64,000 bases of DNA, from NCBI GenBank assembly GCA_000830295.1, contig CP010425.1, positions 704,001-768,000 of the forward strand. The letters are read 5' to 3'. The notes under the pieces were generated by a model. That model did not search any database. It had not been told where the DNA came from and saw nothing but the letters and a program-made list of their open reading frames with translations. Positions 50,301-59,250 of the stretch are shown here, piece after piece. The first letter of the stretch is position 1, and every line of letters begins with the position of its first letter. Origin of the DNA: an archaeon GW2011_AR15. Lineage in GTDB: Archaea > Nanobdellota > Nanobdellia > Woesearchaeales > GW2011-AR15. The translations under genes were made by a program, and so were the position numbers.

Positions 50301-50777
50301 TCATTTAAGAATAACTATATTTGTCATGCCCCTTCTCTGACGACCAATTATATCCTTTGAGGCCATCCTGTCGAGAACTCTTGTGGTCTGCACTTTTGAG
50401 AGCCCGGTCTCCTTTACAACATCACTCTGGTAGAGAGAACCATTGTTTTGTTTTAATAATTCATAAATCTGTCTTTCTTTTTCATCAAGCTTTGAGGTGT
50501 CTATCTTCTTAAACTCTTTTTCTCTATCTTTTTGGAATAGGAGATATATTCCGGCGCCCACCATCAGAAATACAATCCCAAATGAGAGGCTTAGCAGCCA
50601 TGAGCTTATGCTTTTATGCGCAGGACAGTCTGCCATCTCAAGAGCCGGGTCTGCGCCGATTTCCTCGCAGAGAAAAACATCTTTTTTGTCTGTATCAATT
50701 TTCACTAATACCAGTATGATAAATAATAGGAGCGATATGCCAATGATTATTTTTCCCAAATCTCTCTGAGATATCAT
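50301..50777 (-). CDS. Two-TM membrane-anchored winged-helix regulator (type B, Cys loop)
   Basis: Loop LCEE..MADCPAH; YQSDV..SKVQTTRVLD..RRGMTNIV; paralog of 43895-44383. Confidence 0.78.
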   Translation of the reverse strand: MISQRDLGKIIIGISLLLFIILVLVKIDTDKKDVFLCEEIGADPALEMADCPAHKSISSWLLSLSFGIVFLMVGAGIYLLFQKDREKEFKKIDTSKLDEKERQIYELLKQNNGSLYQSDVVKETGLSKVQTTRVLDRMASKDIIGRQRRGMTNIVILK

Positions 50778-50856
50778 ACTTGGCTAGAAGAACACTAGGA
50801 TTATTTAAACGTTTTCATTGAATTTTGAATAATGTATTGAAATCGCAATAAGTGGA

Positions 50857-51345
50857 TTATGGGATTAATATTTTTAAAATATTCTCTTTTAATTTTACAC
50901 TCCTGACTTTTCCAATAGCTGTTTTCTCAATTATATTTTTGTTCTCCATCCTCTGCAACGCTCTGTAGGTCCTGACCTTGTTCATCCCGGGCAGTTTGGA
51001 TATTTCTGCCTGTGTCGCGGAGCCCTTATTTTCAATAAGAAAATCAATGATTATCCTTTCTTCTCTGCTTAGGAAACCCATTAAAATATTTGTTACATCC
51101 TCTGTATCCCTTTTTTGTTTTTTAAACTCATCATAGTATAAATTTGACCAGAAAAAGCCAAAAGAAACCGAAATGAGGGTAAGGAGTATCATGATTGGAA
51201 CATGGTTCTTAACTGCTATTGATAACAGAGGATTATCAGATTCATGATGCTGGTAAGTGTAAGTCAGTATTGCTATCACCAGAACTACAATTATTAGCAA
51301 AGTTGAAATCCCAAACCCGATATTCCTGTATCTTTTTATGTCCAC
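50857..51345 (-). CDS. Two-TM membrane-anchored winged-helix regulator (type A)
   Basis: HHESDNPL..KNH loop; TQAEISKLPGMNKVRTYRAL; paralog of 41376-41888. Confidence 0.78.
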   Translation of the reverse strand: MDIKRYRNIGFGISTLLIIVVLVIAILTYTYQHHESDNPLLSIAVKNHVPIMILLTLISVSFGFFWSNLYYDEFKKQKRDTEDVTNILMGFLSREERIIIDFLIENKGSATQAEISKLPGMNKVRTYRALQRMENKNIIEKTAIGKVRSVKLKENILKILIP

Positions 51346-51406
51346 CAGTGTGATTAATTATCCTCCATTTATTAAATCATCGCTTGGAATAACCTGTCTT
51401 TCCGTG

Positions 51407-51445
51407 GTTTCAAAACGATTTAAATATGGTTTCAGATAATGAAAT
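51407..51445 (+). promoter_or_regulatory. Multicopper oxidase promoter: TATA box followed by GTTTCA-N5-TGAAAT
   Basis: ggtttcaaaacg-atttaaatat-gGTTTCAgataaTGAAAT. Confidence 0.68.
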
Positions 51446-51485
51446 ATACGGAATCCACTATATCCGAAAAGGAGATGAGTAGAAA

Positions 51486-53156
51486 ATGCTTAAAATCAGA
51501 AAACCGAATACATTGATATATATTGTTTTGCTGGTTATCTTGAGCCTAGTTGCTTCAGCATGCACAAAACAGCAGGAAAATGAACTGGTATCAAACGGAA
51601 TGGAAGGTATGCCGTGCCACAGAATGCCGAACGGAGAGTTGATGGGAGATTGTGATGGAGTTGAAGAAACACAGGGAGAAGAAACAATGGGCATGATGTC
51701 CCAGCAGGCAACATTTAGAATAGGCTCTTCAGCTGATTCTTCTTCTCTTAAGGTGGCAAAACCAACATCAATACTTGACTTGGAAGACGGCGACGAAGTT
51801 GATATAACAGCAGAAATAGTACTTAAGGAAATAGATGGCCAGACCTTTAGGATGTATGCATACAACGGGAGGATACCAGGGATTGCACTGAGGGTGAAAC
51901 AAAATTCGAAGATTACTGTAAATTTTCATAATAAAATAGATCAGGAAACAACTATACACTGGCACGGTCTTAGGCATGATATTAAAGATGACGGCGTTCC
52001 AGGAATATCGCAGGATCCTGTAAAGCCAGGGGAATCTTATGTGTACAGTCTCTTTTTTCCTGATGAGGGAATCTATTGGTATCATCCTCATGTAAGAGAG
52101 GATATACAGCAGGAAGGGGGATTGGCAGGAAACATGCTTGTTGTTCCATCAGATCCGGATTATTGGAACCCTGTAAACAGAGAAGAATTATTGGTATTAG
52201 ATGATTTGTTGATTAGAAATGGGGAATTAATGCCATTTGGCAAAGAATATGCAACACATTCCACAATGGGAAGATTTGGAAATGTTCTTTTGACTAACGG
52301 CGACACGAATTACTCTCTTTCAGCTAATGAAGGGGAGGTAATAAGGTTCTATATAACAAATGCGGCAAATGTCCGCCCGTTTAAATTATCATTTGGAGGA
52401 GCCAGAATGAAACTTGTGGGTTCAGATATGGGAAAATATGAGAGGGAAGAATTTGTTGAGGGAGTCATCATGGCTCCTGGAGAAAGATACATAGTTGAGG
52501 TATATTTTGACAAAGCAGGAAAATACTATTTAGAGCATAATACCCCAGAAAAAAGATACATGCTTGGTGAAATTCAGGTTAGCGGGAGTAAAGCAAAGTT
52601 AGATTATTCTTCTTATTTTAATAACCTGAAAACTAATGAAGACATTAGTGAAGAAATAGATGAGTTCCGGCAATATTTTGAAAAGCCTGTTGATTACAGT
52701 CTTGTGCTTGATATTGATATGCCAGGTATGCAGATGATGGGCGAAGCTGAAAATCATGAAAGCATTGAATGGGAAGACACAATGCAGCAGATGAATGAAA
52801 TGATGGATTCCAGCGATATGACCTGGATACTAAAGGAGGAGAATACAGGAAAAGAGAATATGGACATATCAATGGATTCTAAAGTTGGCGATAAGGTAAA
52901 GATAAGGATATTCAATGACCCCGAATCCATGCATCCGATGCAACACCCCATCCATCTGCATGGCCAGAGGTTCCTCATCTTAAAGAAAAATGATGTTCCT
53001 GCAGATAATCTTGTATGGAAAGATACAGTTCTTGTCGGGATAGGGGAGACAGTTGAGATATTAGTTGATGTTACTAATCCAGGGGAGTGGATGATGCATT
53101 GCCATATTGCAGAGCATCTTGAAGCAGGAATGATGGCAGAATTTAGTGTTGGATAG
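51486..53156 (+). CDS. Multicopper oxidase lipoprotein
   Basis: HWHG, WYHPH, HPIHLHG, HCHIAEHLEAGMM; ASAC lipobox; CHRMP..MGDC. Confidence 0.95.
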   Translation: MLKIRKPNTLIYIVLLVILSLVASACTKQQENELVSNGMEGMPCHRMPNGELMGDCDGVEETQGEETMGMMSQQATFRIGSSADSSSLKVAKPTSILDLEDGDEVDITAEIVLKEIDGQTFRMYAYNGRIPGIALRVKQNSKITVNFHNKIDQETTIHWHGLRHDIKDDGVPGISQDPVKPGESYVYSLFFPDEGIYWYHPHVREDIQQEGGLAGNMLVVPSDPDYWNPVNREELLVLDDLLIRNGELMPFGKEYATHSTMGRFGNVLLTNGDTNYSLSANEGEVIRFYITNAANVRPFKLSFGGARMKLVGSDMGKYEREEFVEGVIMAPGERYIVEVYFDKAGKYYLEHNTPEKRYMLGEIQVSGSKAKLDYSSYFNNLKTNEDISEEIDEFRQYFEKPVDYSLVLDIDMPGMQMMGEAENHESIEWEDTMQQMNEMMDSSDMTWILKEENTGKENMDISMDSKVGDKVKIRIFNDPESMHPMQHPIHLHGQRFLILKKNDVPADNLVWKDTVLVGIGETVEILVDVTNPGEWMMHCHIAEHLEAGMMAEFSVG

Positions 53157-53499
53157 AAAGAGTATTTGACGCTATAACATGGCACACACACTCTTTGCCA
53201 TGGCATTTATCAGGGATTACAAGAGTATTGGTGATACTCCAGTCTTTTACTCTATGCAGTATTACCTTTAGCTCTCTTCCTGAATTTGTGAGATGATAAT
53301 AATCATCCTGCTTCCTGACTATGCCGAATTCCTGCATCTTTTTCAGCCTCTCGGACAGCAGGGTCTGGTTTATCTTTTTTCCCATGAGATTATGCAGCTC
53401 ATTGAAGCTTTTGCCGTTCTCATCAATATTTGAGAACACCATGAATGCCCATTTTTTCCCGAGGAAATCAAACAGTTCAATAAGGTCGCAATGCTCCAT
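53143..53499 (-). CDS. HxlR-family regulator
   Basis: C..FDFLGKKW, SFNEL, LSERLK, YHLTNSGREL. Confidence 0.85.
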   Translation of the reverse strand: MEHCDLIELFDFLGKKWAFMVFSNIDENGKSFNELHNLMGKKINQTLLSERLKKMQEFGIVRKQDDYYHLTNSGRELKVILHRVKDWSITNTLVIPDKCHGKECVCHVIASNTLSIQH

Positions 53500-53556
53500 A
53501 ACTACAGAAATGTGTAGTGAATATTTAAATATGTTTATGGCTTAGACAAATAGAAC

Positions 53557-54069
53557 ATGGACAAACATCAGTATGTATGGGCACTTCTTAGAATATCTCT
53601 CGGACTAATCTTCCTCTGGGCATTCTTTGATAAGACATTTGGGCTGGGATTTACAACATGCAGCACAGAGACCGGCATACAGGTCATGTGCGACAGTGCC
53701 TGGCTGAACGGAGGCAGCCCGACAGCGGGTTTCCTTAAATTCGCCACAGCAGGGCCGCTTGCAGCATTTTACCAAAGCATTGCAGGCAGTGCTTTTGTTG
53801 AGTGGCTTTTCATGTTAGGTTTATTCGGTATAGGATTTTCCTTGGTATCAGGGATGGGAGTCAAACTAGCTGGCTATTTCGGTGCTCTACTGATGGTCCT
53901 CATGTGGTCAGCTACCCTCCCCCCTGAACACCATCCTTTCCTTGATGAGCATATAATTTATGCTCTTGTGCTTTTAGGCCTCGCTTTTGCAAAAGCAGGC
54001 CGTTTCTGGGGCTTAGGCAGATGGTGGTCCAAAACAAAAATTGTAAAAAAATACCCTGTTTTGGAATAG
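53557..54069 (+). CDS. DoxX/DoxD-family membrane protein
   Basis: LRISLG..FLWAFFDK, WLNGGSPT.GFL, PFLDEHIIY. Confidence 0.85.
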   Translation: MDKHQYVWALLRISLGLIFLWAFFDKTFGLGFTTCSTETGIQVMCDSAWLNGGSPTAGFLKFATAGPLAAFYQSIAGSAFVEWLFMLGLFGIGFSLVSGMGVKLAGYFGALLMVLMWSATLPPEHHPFLDEHIIYALVLLGLAFAKAGRFWGLGRWWSKTKIVKKYPVLE

Positions 54070-54099
54070 ATTAAAAATAGAGACGTATTTTGATTTCGT

Positions 54100-55113
54100 A
54101 TGGATATAGCCTTTTTTGAACTAGAGAACTGGCAGAAACAGGAAATAAAGCAGAAGCTGAAAAACCACAGGCTGGCTTTTTTTGACAGCCCTCTCAAAGA
54201 AGAGCATATCAGTAAGATAAAAGATACGCAGGTTCTCGGGATTTTCATATACTCAAAGATTACAGCAGATATAATAGACCGGCTGCCGAAGCTCAGGCTT
54301 ATTGCCACAATGTCTACTGGCTTTGACCATATTGATATTGAATACTGCAAAAGGAAAAACATAGCAGTATGCAATGTGCCGACTTACGGGGAGAATACAG
54401 TTGCAGAGCATACTTTTGCGCTTATACTTGCACTGTCAAGGAAATTATACCCTTCAGTTAAGAGGACTAGGGAGAACCATCTCTTTGAGACTGATATCTC
54501 ACTCAGGGGGTTTGACCTCAAGGGAAGGACAATAGGCCTTATAGGCTGCGGCAATATAGGAAAACATGTTGCCAGGATGGCAGCAGGGTTTGAGATGGAC
54601 ATACTTGTCTATGATATCTATAAGGATGAGAAACTTGCCAGAAAAATAGGTTTCAGATATGCAGAGTTTGATGACCTTCTCACTGAATCTGACGTAATAA
54701 GCCTCCATGTGCCTTATAACAGCAAGACGCACCATCTTATTAATGAGGAGACAATAGGCAGGATGAAAAAGGGGGCCCATATAATCAACACTTCAAGAGG
54801 CGCAGTGATTGACACAAAGGCCCTTGTGAGAGGTCTGGAGTCAGGAAAAATTGCAGGGGTAGGAATAGATGTGCTTGAGGGAGAGGGGGAAATAAAGGAA
54901 GAGATGGCTGTCCTCAAGGATGAATTCAAATCCAGTTCAGACCTCCAGACAGTACTTGCCAATCATGTGCTCATGAAAATGGATAATGTCTTAATCACGC
55001 CTCACAACGCATTCAATTCAGCCGAGGCCCTGCAGAGGATACTGAATACGACAATAGAGAATATCTTTTCTTTTTCATCAGGAAAAAAAGAGAACCTTGT
55101 CTGGCAGCATTAA
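54100..55113 (+). CDS. D-2-hydroxyacid (D-lactate-type) dehydrogenase
   Basis: STGFDHID, VAEH, GCGNIG, INTSRG, TPHNAF. Confidence 0.9.
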   Translation: MDIAFFELENWQKQEIKQKLKNHRLAFFDSPLKEEHISKIKDTQVLGIFIYSKITADIIDRLPKLRLIATMSTGFDHIDIEYCKRKNIAVCNVPTYGENTVAEHTFALILALSRKLYPSVKRTRENHLFETDISLRGFDLKGRTIGLIGCGNIGKHVARMAAGFEMDILVYDIYKDEKLARKIGFRYAEFDDLLTESDVISLHVPYNSKTHHLINEETIGRMKKGAHIINTSRGAVIDTKALVRGLESGKIAGVGIDVLEGEGEIKEEMAVLKDEFKSSSDLQTVLANHVLMKMDNVLITPHNAFNSAEALQRILNTTIENIFSFSSGKKENLVWQH

Positions 55114-55145
55114 CATTAATAAACTTCCTTCTAATCCCACATTTT

Positions 55146-56075
55146 ATGGAATTCTGCCCGGGATGCGGAAAAAAAAGCAAGGGAATATGCAGGGACTGCA
55201 GGCCACAGAAGGAGATTAAGGTTAGAGATATCAATATAAAATTCTGCAGCTCCTGCAAAAAATATTTTCACAGGAACAAGTGGACAGAGTATACTGACAT
55301 TGAAGAGGTAGTAAAAAAAATAGCTTCTGAGAACATAAAAGAAGAGAATATTTCCATAAATCCCATACTTCCGGAAATCAGGATGAAGCCAGGCATTACA
55401 GAAGAGGCTTTCATTGAAATTGAGATAGATGGGGATATCTCCTATATCCCGGCGAACCTGGAAATGACCTACTGCGATAAATGCTCAAAAAAACAGGGTG
55501 AGTATTTTGAGGGGACATTGCAGCTGAGGAATGTTGATGAGGAGATGGTAGAATTTGCCCGCTCTTTTTTCAGGAAGAATAATGTCTTCATATCAAAGGA
55601 AAAGGAGCAGCCGAAGGGCATTGACATGAATGTTACAGATAAAAAAAGGCTGCAGAATATAGGGCTCATGCTGCAGAGAAAATACGGCGGCTCAATAAAA
55701 GTCAGTCCGCATATACATACGCAGGACAGGCAGACCAGCAAGCAGGTCTACAGGGTGAACCTTCTTTATGAAGCTCCGGAGTTCAGGATCGGCCAGGTTA
55801 TCAAGGTCGATAATAAGGTTCTGCTTGTAAAAAACATCTCCAAGACTGTTTCCGGTGTGGACCTGGCCACAGGGAGCAGAGCATCAGTTGATCTGAAGAA
55901 GAAGGAATACAAAATATTGCGGCCTTCTGAATCAAGAATCTCCAAAGTGCACCCGGGAATTGAGATTCTCGACCCTGAAACTTATCAGAGCGTACCCCTG
56001 AGAAATAAGAAAAAGGTGCAGATTGGGGAGAAGGTAAATGTTGTCAGCGACAGAGGAGTCTATTATATTCTCTGA
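55146..56075 (+). CDS. nmd3: NMD3-family ribosome biogenesis protein
   Basis: Four CxxC pairs, YFEGTLQLRN, ILDPETY. Confidence 0.85.
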   Translation: MEFCPGCGKKSKGICRDCRPQKEIKVRDINIKFCSSCKKYFHRNKWTEYTDIEEVVKKIASENIKEENISINPILPEIRMKPGITEEAFIEIEIDGDISYIPANLEMTYCDKCSKKQGEYFEGTLQLRNVDEEMVEFARSFFRKNNVFISKEKEQPKGIDMNVTDKKRLQNIGLMLQRKYGGSIKVSPHIHTQDRQTSKQVYRVNLLYEAPEFRIGQVIKVDNKVLLVKNISKTVSGVDLATGSRASVDLKKKEYKILRPSESRISKVHPGIEILDPETYQSVPLRNKKKVQIGEKVNVVSDRGVYYIL

Positions 56076-56136
56076 TTTTTTGTAAGGATAAGCTTTTTAT
56101 ATACGCAGTTTAACTGAAGTATTTAGGGGGAGATAT

Positions 56137-57210
56137 TTGGGAAGAAACAGATATGGCTACTGTCTGATTGGATGCGAGGGCGGTAGATATCTTACTGAAA
56201 AAATTGATGCTGAGCTTAAAGGTTCTGAGGGATACAGAGGCATAATAAAGTCTGAATCAGTGAAATTCCATGATGGCGAGATTGAAGCCAGGATAATGGA
56301 GCATGTCAGGGGGAGCGACGTGTATATTATCCAGCAGCTGTATTCTCCGACAACATCGGGCAGGAATCTTAATGATAATCTGTTTGAGCTGTGCTTAACA
56401 ATACAGGCAGCAGGCAAAGCAGATGCCCATAAAATAACCGCGGTTATACCGTATCATGCATACTCACGCGCTGACAGAAGGTCCGGAAAAGATGAAGGTA
56501 TCCGAAAATCAATAGGCGCAAAGCTTGTGGCAGACGTCATTGTAGCTTCAGGGGCTGACAAAGTGATGAGTTTTGATATACATAATGAGAGTATAGAAGC
56601 ATTCTACCCTAACAGGTTCCCTGTAGAAAATATATACCAGACAAACCTTTTCAATAATAAACTTAAAAATGATTTTCCGGAATACCTGGAAAATGCAGTC
56701 ATGTTAGCCCTGGACCTAGGAGGCGCAAAAAGAGTCGCACGCCAAGCAAAGATTATGGGACTGCCTCTGGCAGTAGTGGAAAAAGGCAGGGATACTGTGT
56801 CAGGTGAGCTTAAAATCGAGGGGATTATGGGTGATGTAAGAGGAAAATACTGCGTCTGCCTCGATGATATCGGGGGAACATTCGGAACATTTCAGGAAGG
56901 CGGGGGAGCAGCTATGGCCAGTGGGGCGCTTGGTATTATAGGGGGTGTATCATTCCCTCTTTTTGTCGGGCCCGCAATAGAAAGAATGGATAAAATGCAT
57001 GAAGAAGGGGGGCTTATTGCGATGCTGGGAACAGATGCAGTCTGGCATGGGGAGGAGTTTCTTGAAGAGCACCCATATTTTTCTTATATACCTCTTGCAC
57101 CTACGCTTGCCAATACAATAAGAGCAATCCAGAGGGGGGAAGACTCACTGCACCAAGAACTTGATGTAAAGCCGCTGGAACAGAACGGATTAATACTTCC
57201 CAAGCCCTAA
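56137..57210 (+). CDS. prs: Ribose-phosphate pyrophosphokinase (divergent)
   Basis: FHDGE, VRGSDVYIIQ, NDNLFEL, PYHAYSRADR, DDIGGTFGT. Confidence 0.8.
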   Translation: MGRNRYGYCLIGCEGGRYLTEKIDAELKGSEGYRGIIKSESVKFHDGEIEARIMEHVRGSDVYIIQQLYSPTTSGRNLNDNLFELCLTIQAAGKADAHKITAVIPYHAYSRADRRSGKDEGIRKSIGAKLVADVIVASGADKVMSFDIHNESIEAFYPNRFPVENIYQTNLFNNKLKNDFPEYLENAVMLALDLGGAKRVARQAKIMGLPLAVVEKGRDTVSGELKIEGIMGDVRGKYCVCLDDIGGTFGTFQEGGGAAMASGALGIIGGVSFPLFVGPAIERMDKMHEEGGLIAMLGTDAVWHGEEFLEEHPYFSYIPLAPTLANTIRAIQRGEDSLHQELDVKPLEQNGLILPKP

Positions 57211-58749
57211 CTGTCCCTTCCTCTTTCCTTTTGAAACTTTTTCGATGTCTTCACCGATCTGCTTCTTGAGGTTAAGCGCAGTCTTCTCGCCAAGCAGCTG
57301 GGTAAGCTTTGTCATATCTGCTTTTTTTATGTCTCCGATATCTTTTATCCCGTTCCTGTAAAGCTTTCTTGCCCTTACCCTTCCGACATTTTTCAGCCTA
57401 GCCAGAGGTATAAGCTCCTCCTTAACTCCCTTGTCCAGCCTGAACCTTGTCTTTCTTATGTTTTTTATTATGTCCCTGAAATTGAGCAGTGCAGCAAGCT
57501 CCTCGCCTGCATAAAGTATCCAGTCGCACAGATTCCTTTTCAGATGAAGCTCTCCGGGTGCGATATTGAATTCCTCAAGTATCTCATTTTCAGTCTTCTC
57601 CTCCATCCATGATTCAAGCGCAATAGCCAGCTTCATGCTCTTCAGGAATTCATCATATTCCGGCTCAAATACGCTCGGTTCAAATGCTATCAGGAGAGAG
57701 GAGGATTCATTAAGCTCTGCTTCAATAAAATCAGTTTCCTTTACCCTGACAGAAGGAAGAGGCCTCAATTCAAGCGTGGAGCAGGCCAGCTGCAAATAAG
57801 AAAGTTCAGTTGCTGTTTTCTGTGTCGCCCTTCTCAGAGCTGTTATTATCTGGTGTGCAGTGAATGGGTCAAGATACAGCTGGGCAACCCTCTCCCCGAG
57901 TTTTGTAACTTCTATTTTGTCATCGCCCAAGCTGTTGGCAGAGACGAAATCATCTTTCTTTGACTGCCTTATGAACTCCCATTCCTCAAGGTAATTCAGC
58001 ATCTTGTCTAGTATGGATTCAATTGCATTCATATCCTGGAATTGATAGCCGTAGAATGTCTTCTCAAAGAAATCGACAAGCTCTTTTTTTGAATGGGCAA
58101 ATCCTGTTGCTGCAAGGCTCAGGCAGTATGTCCTCAGTACAGGCTCGACAGCCAGTTTCGAGTATATATTTTCAGGAGGGGCATTTATAAATTTCTCTAC
58201 TATGTCCTCTGCTTCTTTCTCTGTTGATGCAATGCAGATTGCCTCCCCATGTGTATCATTGAAATCAGGCCGGCCTGCCCTGCCTGCCATCTGGTGGTAT
58301 TCAAGAGCAGGGATGTACTGGAGGCCCCATCTGCCGCCATATCTCTTGAGGTCCTTTATTACTGCCCTGAATGCAGGCAGGTTAAGCCCGAACGCCAGCG
58401 TGGGAGTGCTTGCTATAACCTTTATCCTGCCATTCCTGAAGTTATCCTCAACAAGCTTTCTCTGCTTTGAGGCAAGCCCTGCATGGTGGAACGCCATGCC
58501 TTTCCTTATGCAGTATGCAAGCCTCCTGCATTGTTTTGTAGGAGAGGAGAGGACATTCAGTATTTCATCTGCAAGCTTTTCAAGGTCATCACTTTTTGAG
58601 TCTATCTTCCTGGCCAGCTTTTCCGCAGTAGATTCTGCAGACCTTCTTGTATTGCAGAATACCAGCGCCTGCTTGTTCCTTTTTACAGTATCCAGTGCTA
58701 TGTCCAGGGCAGGATGATCCGTAAGCTCAGGAATTGAGAGCGGCTTCAT
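57190..58749 (-). CDS. Hel308/Ski2-like helicase, C-terminal part only
   Basis: LVFCNTRR, FHHAGL, STPTLAFGLNLPA, QMAGRAGRP, winged-helix and HhH (VGRVRAR); no Walker A or DExH motif. Confidence 0.85.
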   Translation of the reverse strand: MKPLSIPELTDHPALDIALDTVKRNKQALVFCNTRRSAESTAEKLARKIDSKSDDLEKLADEILNVLSSPTKQCRRLAYCIRKGMAFHHAGLASKQRKLVEDNFRNGRIKVIASTPTLAFGLNLPAFRAVIKDLKRYGGRWGLQYIPALEYHQMAGRAGRPDFNDTHGEAICIASTEKEAEDIVEKFINAPPENIYSKLAVEPVLRTYCLSLAATGFAHSKKELVDFFEKTFYGYQFQDMNAIESILDKMLNYLEEWEFIRQSKKDDFVSANSLGDDKIEVTKLGERVAQLYLDPFTAHQIITALRRATQKTATELSYLQLACSTLELRPLPSVRVKETDFIEAELNESSSLLIAFEPSVFEPEYDEFLKSMKLAIALESWMEEKTENEILEEFNIAPGELHLKRNLCDWILYAGEELAALLNFRDIIKNIRKTRFRLDKGVKEELIPLARLKNVGRVRARKLYRNGIKDIGDIKKADMTKLTQLLGEKTALNLKKQIGEDIEKVSKGKRKGQLGLGKY

Positions 58750-58960
58750 AGCAACTAAAAAACAAACTTCATTAATTAAGCTTTGCGATGTTTCTTATTC
58801 CTTTTTTGCAGAAAGAGCAGCAGGGTATCATAGGAAACAGGGACATTCCTCGTTAAGAGTGGCTGTAAGAATCATAAAAATAAAAAAAATGAAAAAAATA
58901 TTTTATTCCTATGCTCCTGCACTACCTTATTAACTTTATCTGTAAGTGAATTAAAAGAAG

Positions 58961-59051
58961 TGGGCCCGAGCGGATTCTCACCAATCCTTACCAGCATTGA
59001 TGGGGCTAGTGTGTTTCCTCGCTTTGCTCGTCAAGCACACGTTATATAAAA
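58961..59051 (-). repeat. tRNA-Ile-linked element ending in a 16-bp copy of the tRNA 3' end
   Basis: tgggcccgagcggatt at 58961 and 59052; two hairpins between the copies. Confidence 0.85.
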
Positions 59052-59175
59052 TGGGCCCGAGCGGATTTGAACCGCCGACCACTCGATTGCTGACTGATAT
59101 GCTATCAGTCGAGCGCTCCATTATCCCATCGCCCAGGTACAACCCAGGCGAGTGACCAGACTAAGCCACGGGCCC
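59052..59175 (-). tRNA. tRNA-Ile(GAT) with two introns (D-loop, about 34 nt; canonical 37/38, 15 nt)
   Basis: GGGCCCG acceptor stem, CTCGA-CT-GAT-A[intron]A-TCGAG, GGTTCAAATCC; 124 nt minus 49 nt of introns gives 75 nt. Confidence 0.88.
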
Positions 59176-59250
59176 GATGGTTCTCAGAATTTGAACTGCA
59201 TTTAAAAAAATTGCGATAAATATAAGAGATAGCGCATTATTTTGGAGATT

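Noticed and set aside
37666-53156. Calling the metal island an integrative or transposable element
   Set aside because: No integrase, transposase, terminal repeats or att sites are recognisable at its edges
58961-59051. Split (trans-spliced) tRNA half
   Set aside because: The copy covers only the T-loop to acceptor end of an adjacent complete gene, and no complementary partner half is visible in the window
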